DNA of 64,000 nucleotides from Chrysomallon squamiferum (Eukaryota > Animalia > Mollusca): the NCBI GenBank assembly GCA_012295275.1, contig CM022670.1:14756001-14820000 (forward strand), read 5' to 3'. The first letter of the stretch is position 1. Each line of letters starts with the position of its first letter. The translations under genes were made by a program, and so were the position numbers. Positions 41,789 to 55,744 of this stretch are shown piece by piece. The notes under the pieces were generated by a model, which ran no database searches, was not told the origin of the DNA, and worked only from the letters and a program-made list of their open reading frames with translations.

Positions 41789-43461
41789 TATTGTTTAGAA
41801 CAACAAGTAATTTTTCTGAAGGTCAGGGACAATTGCGTATTAGTTTACAAATCAATTTTTCTTTTTTTTCTCGACATATATTTTTTTACTTACATATGTA
41901 TTTTCTTAATAATTTCTATTTTCTAAACTATGGTGCATGGGTTGAGATAATGAACCCACTGTTGCTTTAAAATTTTAATTGTTTCACAAGGTACTAATGA
42001 CAATACATTTAAATTTTTATCATGCACATTTAGCTTTTAATTGAATAAAATAAAATATATTTAAAAATTCATGTTTTTTTTTGTTGTTGTTGTTGTTTTT
42101 AATCATTTGGGTGTTTTGGGTTGTTTTTTTAATCATTTGGGTATTAAGATTTTTGTCTTAATATTTATTCTTTGTTTGATTAGCAACTAGAATTTAGGTG
42201 AAAAAAATAAGCTCTGTTTTTCATTTTAGTCATTCATGGGTATTTAAAAAAAAAAATTGTTTATATTAGTGATTTGTTATTGTTATACCACTCTGCTCAC
42301 CATTGAAGTTGTATAGTATCATACCTTGCATGTTAAACTGATGCCAATTTTTCAAATGAGGACAAAAAGTATGATTGATTACACTGAATATAATGAAAAC
42401 CATACATAAAATCACAGCAAATTTTATAGTTTTCAAATAAATGATAAATGTAATACATGGGTACCAAGCAAAAGTCAAAGATATCGTTCACAATCGAAAT
42501 TACTAAATCAGAAAATTGATATTTTTCACATTTATGTAATTACAGTTCTTGGCCCTTGATCAGCTGGTGCACAACAGCAATCTAAACTGAGTCAAGAAAG
42601 CTTCGCATTACTTAACAATATGGTATATCTTGGCATAGTAGGAATGTTTTCAAAACTGAATTATTTTTATTACTGTTGTTGATTATCACACACACACACG
42701 CACACACACACACACACAGATATATTTGAAAACAGCAGATAAATAGATGGCCAATAAAGAAGACTGCAAGTTTTGATATATATGCGTTAGTATGTGTGCA
42801 AGTGTGTATGACAATTAGATTAGCTTCATAGTATACAAAATTGTTAATCTAAAAAGGATTATCTTTGGAGAATGCCTTTTCAAAAACAAAATACAAACTG
42901 ATATTTGATAGACAATAATTATAGACAAAACAATGAGAAAATAATAGAGAGAGTTTAATATATATATCTATGTTTTTTTTAAATCATTTTCTTTATTTAT
43001 TTCGTTTGTTTCTATTTTCGTTCTTTATTTGTTGTTTTATTTAATATAATTCTCGTGAAGAAGTGTTTACGCTGAACCTCACACATTTAACACGCATGGA
43101 TACAGTACGTTATACAACTATCTAACGTCAACCTGAGTTACTCAGACGGTCCCCTTGATTTTGATCTACCTGAACCGTGATTTGTTACGAACGAAACCAA
43201 GGGAGGGGCTTATTACTATCTGACGCCCGATGTAGTTTTCTTCAGCAATCTGATTGGCTGAAATAAATAAAAGAATTTGTAGGCTGTCTCGTGCAAATAG
43301 GTGTTCCGGAAGTAACTGTGAGAGGTCGTGCGTACTGCGATGCGTGTTATGTCAAATGGATAGGTATGGCACTGGTGGTAGCTTTCTCAAAGTCTTTGTG
43401 TTGAGAAGACAGGGAGTACTTTCTCTCTGCAGCAGATCTCTGTGAAAGTTCGCACCCGAAC

Positions 43462-43605
43462 ATGCTGGCCAGGCGGACAAAAGTTCCGCAGGTAAGCTCG
43501 ACCAACGCAATGAAACTGGGTGCACTGCTGCACATGGCTATTGTTTTGAGTTTGACAACTTTAGCATCGTCAGAGGCAAGTCTTTCACCAAGTGATATTG
43601 TACGA
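43462..43605 (+). pseudogene. Second FREM2-like remnant: start region and signal peptide only
   Basis: MLARRTKVPQVSSTNA-MKLGALLHMAIVLSLTTLASSEASLSPSDI. Its 3' part matches 16213-16250, then the sequence jumps to the equivalent of ~17887 (deletion of ~1.6 kb relative to unit 1). Confidence 0.8.
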
Positions 43606-46007
43606 CATTTATGTCCATTATATTCATTATTAGCATTATTTGTTTTTGTTTTTGTTTTTTGACACAGACATTTTTTTATTATTATTTATTTGTCTATAAA
43701 AAATATTCTTGTTGATTTGTTAATAACCGAAAGTGTACATAACTGAAAATAAAGTGATGTATACTGAGTTTTTAATTTGTTTCTTTCAGAAAAAAAAGAA
43801 GCTTATTGACAAAAATTCTTGTTAGTCTGTATATCACAATACAACAAACTTTCTGTTGTTTCTGATTAACTGACACAGTTGTTCCATATAGTTCTCATAT
43901 ATTGTCATAGTTGTTCTTTTTCTTCTGATTATTATTAATAATCTGATATTAATCTGAGTTTAATCTGAGTTTCTGAGTATGATTTGCAAATATTATTACC
44001 GTCAAATCAAAGAACTGCTACACAAATTCTGCTTGAGTGTCAGAATCTTTCCAGATGGTTGTTGTTTTCTTCAGGATCAGAAAAGAATACAGAAAGACGT
44101 TGTTCAGTATGGTTTTCTTTTTATTTTGTATTTTATAAATATATATATATATTTGTAATATGAAGATGACAGTCAGTCGAGTTTTTAACCTTTGACTCTA
44201 TAAGAATATTTTCAAACAGCTGGTAGTTTTCACTTCAGTTAGCAACCACAGTTTCAGTGTATCAGTATTGAATGTAGAAATAAAATATATTTTTGTAGAC
44301 TTTTTGTTTCTGACAACCAATGACAGAGACAATATAAACTGCATAAAGGATATTTTCCACTTTTATAGAATCACCAGTTCAAACATATAATAATAATAAT
44401 AATAATAAAATTTTTATTAGTAGTAGTAATAATAATGGTAATAATGACCATGATGGCAGTGATAATAATAAACAGCATAACAATAACAATAATGATGATG
44501 ATGATGATAAATTAATAAAGAAATAAAAAGAAATAAAACTAAATCATTGGAAAACTGCCATACCCTTAATCTTTCAGCGCTGCTTGTGTTTACATTATAT
44601 TTGCAAAATTACGTGTGATCTTCCAACTAACCTCATCAGCTTATTTTGCTGCCATTTTTTATTAGCAAATATTTACTATTTAAAAATCGTTCTAAAACAT
44701 TTCCTTGCAAATATACAAAATTAAATAATAGTGTTGGTACCAAAACGAAATGAAAAATATTCACTACAAACAAAACAGTCATAAATTTTCAACAATAAAT
44801 ATTTTACCAGCTGTGAGAACCAGTGAATATACAATCATTTTTTAATAAACAAAACTTATACTGAATGGTGTACACGTTTATAATAAAAGGGTGTAATTAT
44901 ATGATTGTTGTTGTTGTTACTGGGACTGTTTAGTTTTTTTGTTTATTGTTATTAATATTATTAATATTATTATTACTATTATTATTATTATTATTTATAC
45001 AGTTTTAAATTTTACCATTATTTTTACAAACAATTACAGTAACTAAGATTTTCTTCTCACCTAATTACACATAATCCTCTCATACTGAGTAGAATACTGA
45101 TGCGGTTAAGTATGGATTTACAGATTTTGTTTTTCATACAGTGGATTACTGCTAGAAAATCATTATTGGAAATCTTTTTTGAAACACAAGACAGCTTTGG
45201 CAAGCTGAAAAATAAATATGGATTTAGTCTTTTTACCTGATAATGTGTTATTATTAATAATAAAAATACTACGGATTTGTGAAAATATTGTTACAAATAT
45301 TACTCAATTCTTGTATAATTTAATTTTGCCTTATATTTCTTTAACAGTCTTATTTAATTTTGCCTTATATTTCTTTTATTGTATTATGTTACTCATTCTT
45401 ATTTATTTAATACATAAGAAGTATTAAACATATAACAATTTTATCACTGTGTGACACTATATCTATACTGATTACCAAAATTCTAAATGTTTCCTTGCAA
45501 AAACTGGATACATCCATTCAAAATTTTATTAGTGTTAATTGCAGAAAGTGGATTTACTCCATACCGTTAAAAAAAAACTTTTTGTTGTACTGCAAGAAAC
45601 AGAAACACTGCCCAAGACTCCCAAACTTCATATCACCCCTCTGAGTGCTGCCATCTGTGGGGCAGCAGTGCAACTATGAGTCTTGTTCACTTTCTGGGAG
45701 CTGTTTGTGATCATTCAGCAGTGAAAGGGTTAAAGTTGTCTATTTTACACTGTTCTGAGGTAAAGGTGTCTAACATTATATAAAATTGTATAAAAGTATT
45801 TAATATGCAAGCTTTGACTGCAATGTTTTCTTCTGTAGCGTTCTTTTGCCACTATTTATGACTGAAACAAAAACAGTAACAGTAAAAATGTTAAATAATA
45901 AATTAATAAGACCTTCAGATGTAAGGAAAGAACTGGCATTTTAAATTCTACGAATTTGTCGAGAAAAATTAGAGAACGGTTGTGAAAATAAAAGGGAGGT
46001 TACTCAC

Positions 46008-47900
46008 TTGGTACACATTTTGGAAGTGCAGTGCTACTCCACTGTTGGTTGGCTTTGCATCTTGTAACCCTGCGACCAATCATCCTGAAGCCACGATTAC
46101 AGACATAGGCACAACGTTTCTGCAATACAGCTCGTCCAGCATATCTGATACATTTATCAGTTATACCTTTACAGCTGCGTCCATCACTGGACAGAATGTA
46201 GCCTTGCTTTCTACACTGACATTTGAAAGTGCCATAGCTATTGATACAGTGATCCTCACACGGCTTGTTTCTGTAACATTCATTTATGTCTGAAAAACAA
46301 AACACAGAAGTGAAACAGTTTCAGAAATATTTTAGGAAGTGGCTAATATTTTTACAGTCATTAGAAACAACATGAACAATATGTTAATTTTTAAATAAAA
46401 CCCCTGCATGATTTCAGCCATTTAATAAGTTGGCATGCCAGCTATTTATCCACATGATTATTTTCATATAATATATTACATCATAAACAAATTTCAGCAG
46501 TATTTTGTATTAAAATAATTAAATTACAGACATAAAAGAAAATGGTATACAAATCATATACTTGCGAGGGAGGCTTTGTGGTAGTACAACAACTCAAAGT
46601 CAAAATTCATTTTAAATAAATAATTTTGTTGTTAATGAAATAATTTAGAATGTAAACTAATGAAAAAACATACCAACACACATAGATTTGTTTAGATGGT
46701 AAACTTCAAAACCAGCTACAGTACAGAAACAATGAAAAGAGCCAATAGTGTTTTTACAACCTTGTTCACAACCGCCATTGTTTACCTTGCATTCATCATA
46801 ATCTGAAATAAATAAAATAAAATAAACACGTTACTAAAAACTGAACTCTTTCTACTTTCCTCTGATCATTATCATTGCTTCACTATTTACTTCTCTTTAT
46901 ATTAACAATGGGATTGGTGAACAAGAATAGTAGCCTACATAAAAATCTTGCAATATTTTTATTAACAATGAGTCTGGTCACAAGGCCTAGCCAATACGAA
47001 AAAACTTCCAAGGTTATTGTGTTTAGTCTATCAGGAATATTTTTAAATTGAAGAATCTAACTTTCATATGTGTCATTGGTTCTGTGTTGCAATGATAAAA
47101 TTGAATGATTCAGATATTCAGTGAAACATCTCCAGATTACTGACATTTTTCTATTCTGAACGTATTACAGTTTAGTTCGGGTATGGTTTTCAGATGTTTA
47201 ACTGTATATTCACATTGTTGCAAGTTGCTGTTATATAAACATCATTTACAAGTATTTTTTTCCTCTTTAATATACCAAATATTTAAAAATCTTTATTATG
47301 GTTTCTTCATTTGTAACTTATTATCATCTTTATACTTTAATAAACTTATATTTATGACACCTATCAGATATTTTGAATAAACACGCATATAAATATTACC
47401 CGTTTAATTAAATATCTATAAATAGAAGTTTCAGACTCACCTGTGCAAGTTTTGCCGTCTGCCATTAACTTAAAACCAACGTCACAAATACAATAAGCAC
47501 TTCCTCTCGTGTTGATACATTTGTAGGAACATCCATGATCTCCATTACATTCATCTACATCTAACAAAACAAACTTTCTATTAGTCAAATTAAGTAAGAG
47601 ATGCACAGATGATACCATTATTTCATATGAAGCAGGAGGCAGAGGTTTTACACAGAGAATAAAAATGTTAACTAACCCTCTTGTGTTTTAAGATATTAAA
47701 GTGACGAACAAAACAATATAATAATAATAATAATATAGACATATTGTTACAAATCTATTGGTAACACATTTAGGCAAAACAGTCCAAGATGTATAACTTA
47801 ATTTACTATCTCAGTCATAAGTAGATAAAGCTACATTAATATTTAGATGTTTGCTTTACACAGAGACATACAGACACACACATATATATATATGCATATA

Positions 47901-47951
<51 letters not shown>

Positions 47952-48091
47952 TAACATTATCTTACCAATACAAGAATGTCTATTTGATGCTAATACAAAA
48001 CCCTTTTCATCGCAACTACAAACATATGATTCATCAGTGTTGCTACAGGTTTGATCACAATGATCTCTGTTATCCAAACACTCATCCACGT
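46008..48091 (-). pseudogene. Second fragment of the EGF/sushi gene: four cbEGF exons plus the 3' half of the last sushi exon
   Basis: Exons 47966-48091 (DVDECLDNRDHC), 47441-47560 (DVDECNGDHGC), 46674-46802 ([12 protein letters not shown]), 46167-46289 (DINECYRNKPC), all open with AG/GT ends. 46008-46116 matches 21163-21272. Confidence 0.85.
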
Positions 48092-48979
48092 CTGTTAAAA
48101 CAAGAAATATCATTCAATAAGTACTAGTAAATGATTCAAACTTTCACATATTTAAATTAATACTGGCCACAGGCAATAAACACTGTGATTAAGCCATAAC
48201 TTATTTTTTATTATTTTTATTATAATTATGATAATTATATAATTTGATATCCATTAAGCGCTGTCTAAACTAAATAAATATTCATCTTTCATTGTAATTT
48301 TAAACACATATATGAATGTAATGTTTTGTTTGTAAATTTGCAACTGAAAAAATTATATATGGTAAAAATTAATATAAATTTTCTACAGTTGTTTGAACAT
48401 TTATATAACAGTTTCCCAAAATGACAAATATTTGCCCCAATAACTTATTTACTATTTTCCAGGAGAACATCAAACTTTTCTAACATTCTAGTCAATCAGT
48501 AATTGCTATAGACCTTACGAGACATACGAAGGATCGCCTGTTAGCAAAGGGGTTTGTGTTTCTGTTTATTACTTTAGTATTCTCTTGACAAGATCTTTCA
48601 AATCATTTTTTTTTATTATTGTTGATGTTGTTCTTATTATCATTATTACATTGTTGTTATTATTTATTACTATTATTATTACTATTCTGATCAATGTTTA
48701 ATAATTAATCATTTGATTTCCATAGCCGGTTAGAATTTTTACACACATTTTGGAATATTTTAAATAATAATACTAATAATATTTCTAAAAATTCATAATT
48801 CTCGGAAAGCAGATTTATCTTTCAGAATTATAATCACTTATTTGAAAAATATTCAGTTTCTTAGGTTACTGGAGTTATGAAATGAGTTTTTAAATTTCTT
48901 TCTCCAGATTATTTTTCAAGTGATTTGGTAGAATGACTATTTCATTATTTGCAATGAGAGAGAATGTTTGTATTTACAG

Positions 48980-51870
48980 ATTTTGCAGTTTGACATGTGG
49001 AATGTAAAACCTGTAACACAGCTGGATTGGGCAGGGTTGAAGTCACGCATTGCCAAGTGAGTCACTGCAGATATAAATAAATACAAATATAGAGAGAGAC
49101 ATACACACATACAAACAAACAGACCTTAAATATCTCACAAGAAACAGAAATAGTATGGAGTTAACATTTTGACTCAAGTACAACTACTGTCATTGAATTT
49201 TGGAAAGGATGTCTCATGTTAAGATTTCAAGTACAATGTCTGAGAGCAAATATTTTCTTTTGTTTCTACATTTATTCAAATAAAACATCACAGCTGTGGT
49301 TGTTCTATTTGGTAAACAAAACATCTTAAACAGTTGATGTCATACAGTCTCTGAGTTTATGAATTGGTCACTGTTAAAATGATGAACCAAGTCCAAACTA
49401 TTTTCCCAAAAATTCAGAATGAAATGTTTGTCTGAAACTCACAGTTTAAAACATTTTCTAAACTGATGCTAAATCATAACCACGAAACATCTTTAAAAAA
49501 AGAAAGAAAAGTCTGCGTGTTGAAATTTATCATTTAAAATTGGTTTCCTTTGTTTCAAAAGCATAACAATTACAACCTTCCCAAAATTCTGTTACGTACT
49601 ACTGAGTCTAAATATTAAATTCTTTTTTAATTCAGTTGGAAAGAAAATTTAATTTAATTTTTGTAATAATGTAATCCCGTGTCTATTATTAAAAGAATGT
49701 AATATTTTTCTAGACATGGTGTCCGTATCAGTCTTCTTGTGGCTCCAATGCCAACAGCATCCACTGCTCAGATCCTCGGCAACAACGAGTCCATTGAAGC
49801 CTACACTAGCAACGTCTACACCCGCAGAGTTCTCTCTGGTGAATTCCAGGTAAAGACATGTTTCAGTTTGTTTCCATAGTGTCGTATTAATTTCTTAAAT
49901 ACTGAAATACCATAATAATTATTTTCGTTTTAATATATTCTTTCTCTTCATTTTCTTTTTTCTTTGTTTAATTTTCTTTGCACATATATATATAGTTACA
50001 CACATACATATATATTACATCATATAAGATGTTTCTTCATATAATTGTTTTTATGACAAATAACAAAAACTAGTTCAAATTATTAATACATGTTAGATAG
50101 AAACTTAACAGTAACTTACCACTAGTCTTGTTAATGATTATTATATCTTGTCATTGTGGATTATTTAAAAAAAAAAGAAAAAAGAAGAACTTTTAAAACT
50201 TTTGGTTTTACTTTTAAGATGGGCCATTATGGCTGCACAGTAAACTCTTTTAACTTCCTTTTAAAACTGATTATTAGTGAGAAAGATTTTTGTTGCTGAT
50301 TCAGGTTGTAAATCACCATCTGTTGAAGGATCTGACTGAGAGAGGATTGTGGAATGATGAGATGAAGAACACCTTGATTGCACATGGAGGATCTGTCCAG
50401 GTGAGTGGAAACGTATTTAATCTGCTATCTTTACAGACAGGAATCTTATTCAAATGTGTAAAATATATAACAGATGATTAAAGTTCTAGATCTGTGGAAA
50501 GTATTTGAGATGTTCTGTGTATGAAATAAAAGTATGTCAAATTAAAAGAACTTAGTAAATAAATTTGAAGGTATAAACATATCAAGATTACGACAAACAT
50601 ATTTTATCAAGATTATTTTCTTTTTGTATCTGTCAGCATTCTGTAAAAAAATATGTATTATTATTTTTTTAATTTAAATCTGTCTTAACTAATTAGGTAT
50701 TGTATTTCTAATGCAAATAGAATTGTTAAATAATTTTAAACAAAACAAAATTAAATTGTTTTTTGTTTTTTAAATAAATATTACATACTAAGTTATTATT
50801 TATAACACAAGTACCAGAATATTTATCATTTAATAATTTTACCAAATTAGTTATTACTTTGGTGATAAATTCTGCAAAATGTGTTTATAGTTTAATTATC
50901 TGAATTTTTCTTACAGAATATAGACAGTATTCCTGAGGATTTGAAGATGCTGTATAAAACAGTGTGGGAGTTGTCACAGAAGACAATTATAAAAATGGCT
51001 GCTGATCGGGGAGCATACATTGATCAGAGTCAGTCACTAAATATTCACATCGCAGAACCAAACTATGGAAAACTTACCAGCATGCATTTCTACTCCTGGA
51101 AGATGGTAAGCTGTTTTCATGTTAAGAGTAGTCTGAAAAATGAGAAAAATATCAAATTTGAGCCAGTAAATTTTGTTTGTGGGATTGTTTAAATAAAACT
51201 GTCTATAAATGAAATCTTGTATTTTAAAATTATTAATTTTTGTTATTTAGGGTTTTTTTTGCTCAAAATCAGTGAAATGTTCCTTAGACTGTACACAGAT
51301 TCAGTTCAAAACACAAAAGAGGAGGATGTCCAAAACTTTAGTTTCTGGATTATCTCCCTTGTGCACGTACGCGCTGCAGTGGTTAGGGGCAGTGAATCCC
51401 CTCTAAACAGTGCAGGACACTTTCCACTGAACAGTTCATATCATTGTTATTTACAGATTTTTTTTGTTCTTTCTCAGTTTTGTTTTTTAAAGAAAAAGAA
51501 AAAGTTAATAATGTTTTGTCAGGATCCAAATAAATACTGTAAACAATATGTTGGAGCTTTGAAAAGTTTAAAAGTCCAAATGTAAAAAAAAAAAAATCAC
51601 ATCACAGAATGGCTGTCTAATTAACAGTTTTATTGGTGCCTGTAACCTAATCAAAGTTTTTAACACAAAATGATTTAATTGAACCATTTTACTGTTACGC
51701 AGGGTCTGAAAACTGGAATGTACTACTTGAGAACAAAGCCTGCTGCTGCTGCAATTCAGTTCACCGTTGACAAGAAAAAAGTGAAAGAATCAAACAAAAC
51801 TGATGAAAACTTGGCTGCCATGATGTGTTCCCTGCAGAATCGAGATGAATGTTTGATGTGCAGTTCTTAA
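48980..51870 (+). pseudogene. RRM1: 5'-truncated ribonucleoside-diphosphate reductase large subunit gene: last five exons, 221 codons, frame intact
   Basis: Exons 48980-49056, 49714-49849, 50305-50400, 50917-51105, 51703-51870 encode ILQFDMW...[19 protein letters not shown]...RRVLSGEFQ...[10 protein letters not shown]...IDQSQSLN...[11 protein letters not shown]...[17 protein letters not shown]. No upstream RRM1 exons seen in the window. Pseudogene status is inferred from the truncation. Confidence 0.9.
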
Positions 51871-52819
51871 AGTGCAATTATTTTTCTCTTAAAATCTTTG
51901 AGTCATACTCGATCTTCACCTTCTTATTCTTTGTTTTAATTTATTTATTTTATATTCTTTTTTCTTTCCATTTTTCTTTACATTTCAGTAAATTTTCTTT
52001 TAAAAAGTTTTATATTTCTTTTACTCGACTACCATGCTTCTGTTATAAAGCCTAAATAAATAAAATAGTCATTTGTTTACAATATAACAAATACAACCAA
52101 ATAAACAACAAAACAAAAAACTTAATTATTATGGTAATTGAGAAAAATTGCTAGAGACCGTTAGGTTGGTTTTAAAAAAAATGCAATTAGAAATTATGAA
52201 TTACAGTGCTATGATGGATGAATGAGAATGTCAGAAAGTGAGTCATCTCAATAGTTAAGTTGTTGACATTTTGTTTTGTTCACATTTACATATTACTGAG
52301 GAAAACAGCTGTAATTTACACGTCTGCTAATGTCAAAAGTGTAACCACGTATTTCATCTGACTTTGTCACAGACTGATATGTTTGTAGACATTTTCTTCT
52401 GTAGCAAAATGCTTGATTGCAAAGAAATTTTATATTTTAGTATTTAAATTCTGTAGCAGGATGCTTCATTGCAGATGAAATATTTAATATTTGAATTCTG
52501 TATCAAAACGCTTGGTTGCAAATTCAACATTACATACTTTTTTAAATGTCTATAGGTTTTTGTGTTCTTACAGTAGCTATTTTTTATTTTATTTTCTGTA
52601 TAGTCTAGACACATTAATCAGATTAAGTAATTAAACATTTACATAAACTCAGTGAACCTTGTTATTTATTTATTGCTTTTTATTTTTAATGACAGCCGTG
52701 TTTTCTAACATTTTAAATAATTTAAAGTTAATACTTTTTCTGAAGTGAAATAAAAAGAATGGAGGATTAAAAAAATGGTCTTTGTATATTAGTGGTAGTT
52801 TTATTTAGCTATGTAGTAA

Positions 52820-53480
52820 CAACTGATCTGGTAATGTTATTTTCTTATGCCTGTTCTGTAACTGACGAGCTTAAATGTTTATATCAATGTTTATCTACAA
52901 TAATAAGTCTACGTTTTTATTATTATTATCATCGTATTATGATATTATGATTGTTATTAATGCTATTATCATTATTATTATTTTAAAAATGCTTATTTTT
53001 CTTCATAATGTTCAGCTCTATTGTATTTCATTAAATAACAATGCCTTTTGTCTTGTTAAAAAAATGATCTGTTCAGTCATTATTCATTTCTCTTAATTTT
53101 AATTAATTTTAAAATAAAAATTTGCATATATTTTTTAATGTAACTGATAAGCCAGTTCATCACTGTGTTTTAAAGTGGCAAGAATGAATTTATATTTATA
53201 TTTTGCGGTGAATCTTTTGACAGAATATTTCAGTTACAATTTACGATGTAGCACAAAATAAGAGCTGTTACCTAACTGCAAGATATTACGAATTGAAAAA
53301 GAAGGTTTTCGTGCCGATTTAATTGCGTAAACTCTATCACGTCTAATACCTTGTACAGTTAAATCAGTATTACAAACGATAAATAAAATTATAAATTACG
53401 AGAAAATAATTATTTTCAAATCAGAATTGTTTGAATTTCCAGTTCTTGTCTTTGTCATCTTTTTCGATTTTTCTTTTCTT
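52820..53480 (+). repeat. Older diverged local duplication; second copy ~55180-55865
   Basis: Shared anchors in the same order: ttcttatgcctgtt, ttattcatttctc...aataaaaatttgcatatatt, ttacaaacgata, aattacgagaaaata, gaattgtttgaatttccagttcttgt. Confidence 0.75.
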
Positions 53481-53484
53481 ATTT

Positions 53485-53527
<43 letters not shown>

Positions 53528-54482
53528 TTTTTTTTTTTTTTTTTTTTTTAAACAACAGTCATGTTTTCTAACATTTTATTGCGATCATAAAAAAAAAAAA
53601 AACGTAGGTGTTAGTAGTTAATATCTTTCTGTCGTGAAGTACACGCCTTTTATTCCTAAACATCAACATAATGAAATAAATATTAACATACGTTTTAGTC
53701 CTTTTCTTTAATAAATACAGGATTTAAAAAAAACAAAGGGTTTGCGATGTGTGGTCTTTTATAAATATCACTCTAAAATTCTGTAAAATCCCTATCTTTA
53801 GTATTTTCAAAACAAAATTTAATGAATAAATTTCACGTAATCCAGTATTGTCGTTTTAAAAGAGAAAAGAGGTGCTGATGTACTCAGGTAACAACACTCC
53901 TTACTATAGGTAACAGTATGTAAAAGATGTGTTACCAATAATTATTATTATTTTTTTATTTATTTATCTGCGCTTTGAAATTGAGCATAACACGCACGTT
54001 CAGGTATTATTAATCTATTATTATATATCGATACACATACACATAGCACGCACGTACGCACACAAAATTATTCAGACTGGAACATTTCTGAAATAGAGTA
54101 ACACTGGTACTTGTAAAAATTGAACGATATGTATGTTACTTAAAAGAAAAAGAAATTTTAAAAAAGTATCCACCTGAAACGAATATCCTCCATAAAACTA
54201 CCTTTTAAAAGTTAAAAAAAAATAATGAAAAACAGCTGTGTCAACGTTGATCATGCTAATTAATTCTATTTATTTATTTTATTTTGTTGTTGTTGGGATG
54301 AAACTTAAACTTTCATGTACCAGTGTATAATTTTGAACACAAAGTGGGTGTTTTTCTGTTGGGGTGTCGTTAAACATTCATCCATTCATTAACACAGTAG
54401 ATGTGAGATTGGAAACAATGTCATGATAAATAAATAAATAAATAAATTCTGAAAATTTAAAAAAAAAAAAAAGCTGATAAAT

Positions 54483-54520
<38 letters not shown>

Positions 54521-55046
54521 TTTCTAATTGTGTATGATTTCTGTATTTTCCTTGTATATTTATATCATATTTCATTTTTTTTTTTTTTTTAATTATTATT
54601 TATTCATGATTATTATATTCATTATTTTTTTGTTTTAAACAATTTTTTTAATATTAATTAATTAATTTTTTATACTTACGTATTTATTAATATTATTAAT
54701 TTAATTAATATTTTTTTATGTTATTTTTACAATTACAATAACAATAACAATAACAATAACAACAACAACAACAGCAGCAACAATAATACTCACATTAATA
54801 ACAACAACCATAATAAATGATGATAATAATAATAATAGTAGTAGTACTATATTGACACAGTATTTTCATCCCACTTGTTTCCCCATAGACTAATTACGTT
54901 TTTTGACGAGACCAATTTCTTTATTTCTTTTTTTTTTTTAACTTCATTGAATGAAATGTTGCCTGTCCTGCATATTTTTAAAATTATTATTCAGAACTCA
55001 TTAAAACACGGTCATGAATTCACAACAATGAAAGATAAATAGAGTC

Positions 55047-55080
<34 letters not shown>

Positions 55081-55348
55081 GGATATTTTGCTATATTATA
55101 ACACTCTTTGGCTCACACGAAACGGTCTTGAAAGTATATGCAAAATATATTAAGATTATTTATGTCGTGAATATATTTTAACTGATCTGGTAGCATGATT
55201 TCTTATGCCTGTTTCTTCTGTAATTGGTAAGCTGAAATATTTATATGAACTTATAGCTTCAATCATAATCGTCTTTAAATTATTAATATTAATATTATTA
55301 CTATTATTATTATTATCATCATCATTGTGTTTATGATTATGATTATGC

Positions 55349-55404
<56 letters not shown>

Positions 55405-55704
55405 TCCCAAATTTTATGGGTGGTTTTTTTTTTTCTTTTCTTTTTCTTTTTTCTCGTAATAACTGTTTGTTCAGCACTATTACTTTAATTTTTAATTAAG
55501 TAAGCATGCCCCTGATATTGTTAAATATATATATATATTATATAATAAATATATTTATTATTCATTTCTCTCTTTATTTTAATTAATTTTACAATAAAAA
55601 TTTGCATATATTATTTGATATAACTGACAGCCAATTTATCATTGAGTTTGGATGTTGCAAAATGACGAAACTTTTAATAATGGTTTAAGTTAAATCAGTC
55701 TGTT

Positions 55705-55744
<40 letters not shown>

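Noticed and set aside
48980-51870. RRM1 fragment as a viral or retrotransposed copy
   Set aside because: It has four spliceosomal introns and an animal-type C-terminus, indicating DNA-level duplication of a host gene.
54340-54392. gggtgtcgttaaacattcatccattcatt as a SINE 3' tail
   Set aside because: Suggestive but too short, and no recognisable body could be traced without a repeat-library search.
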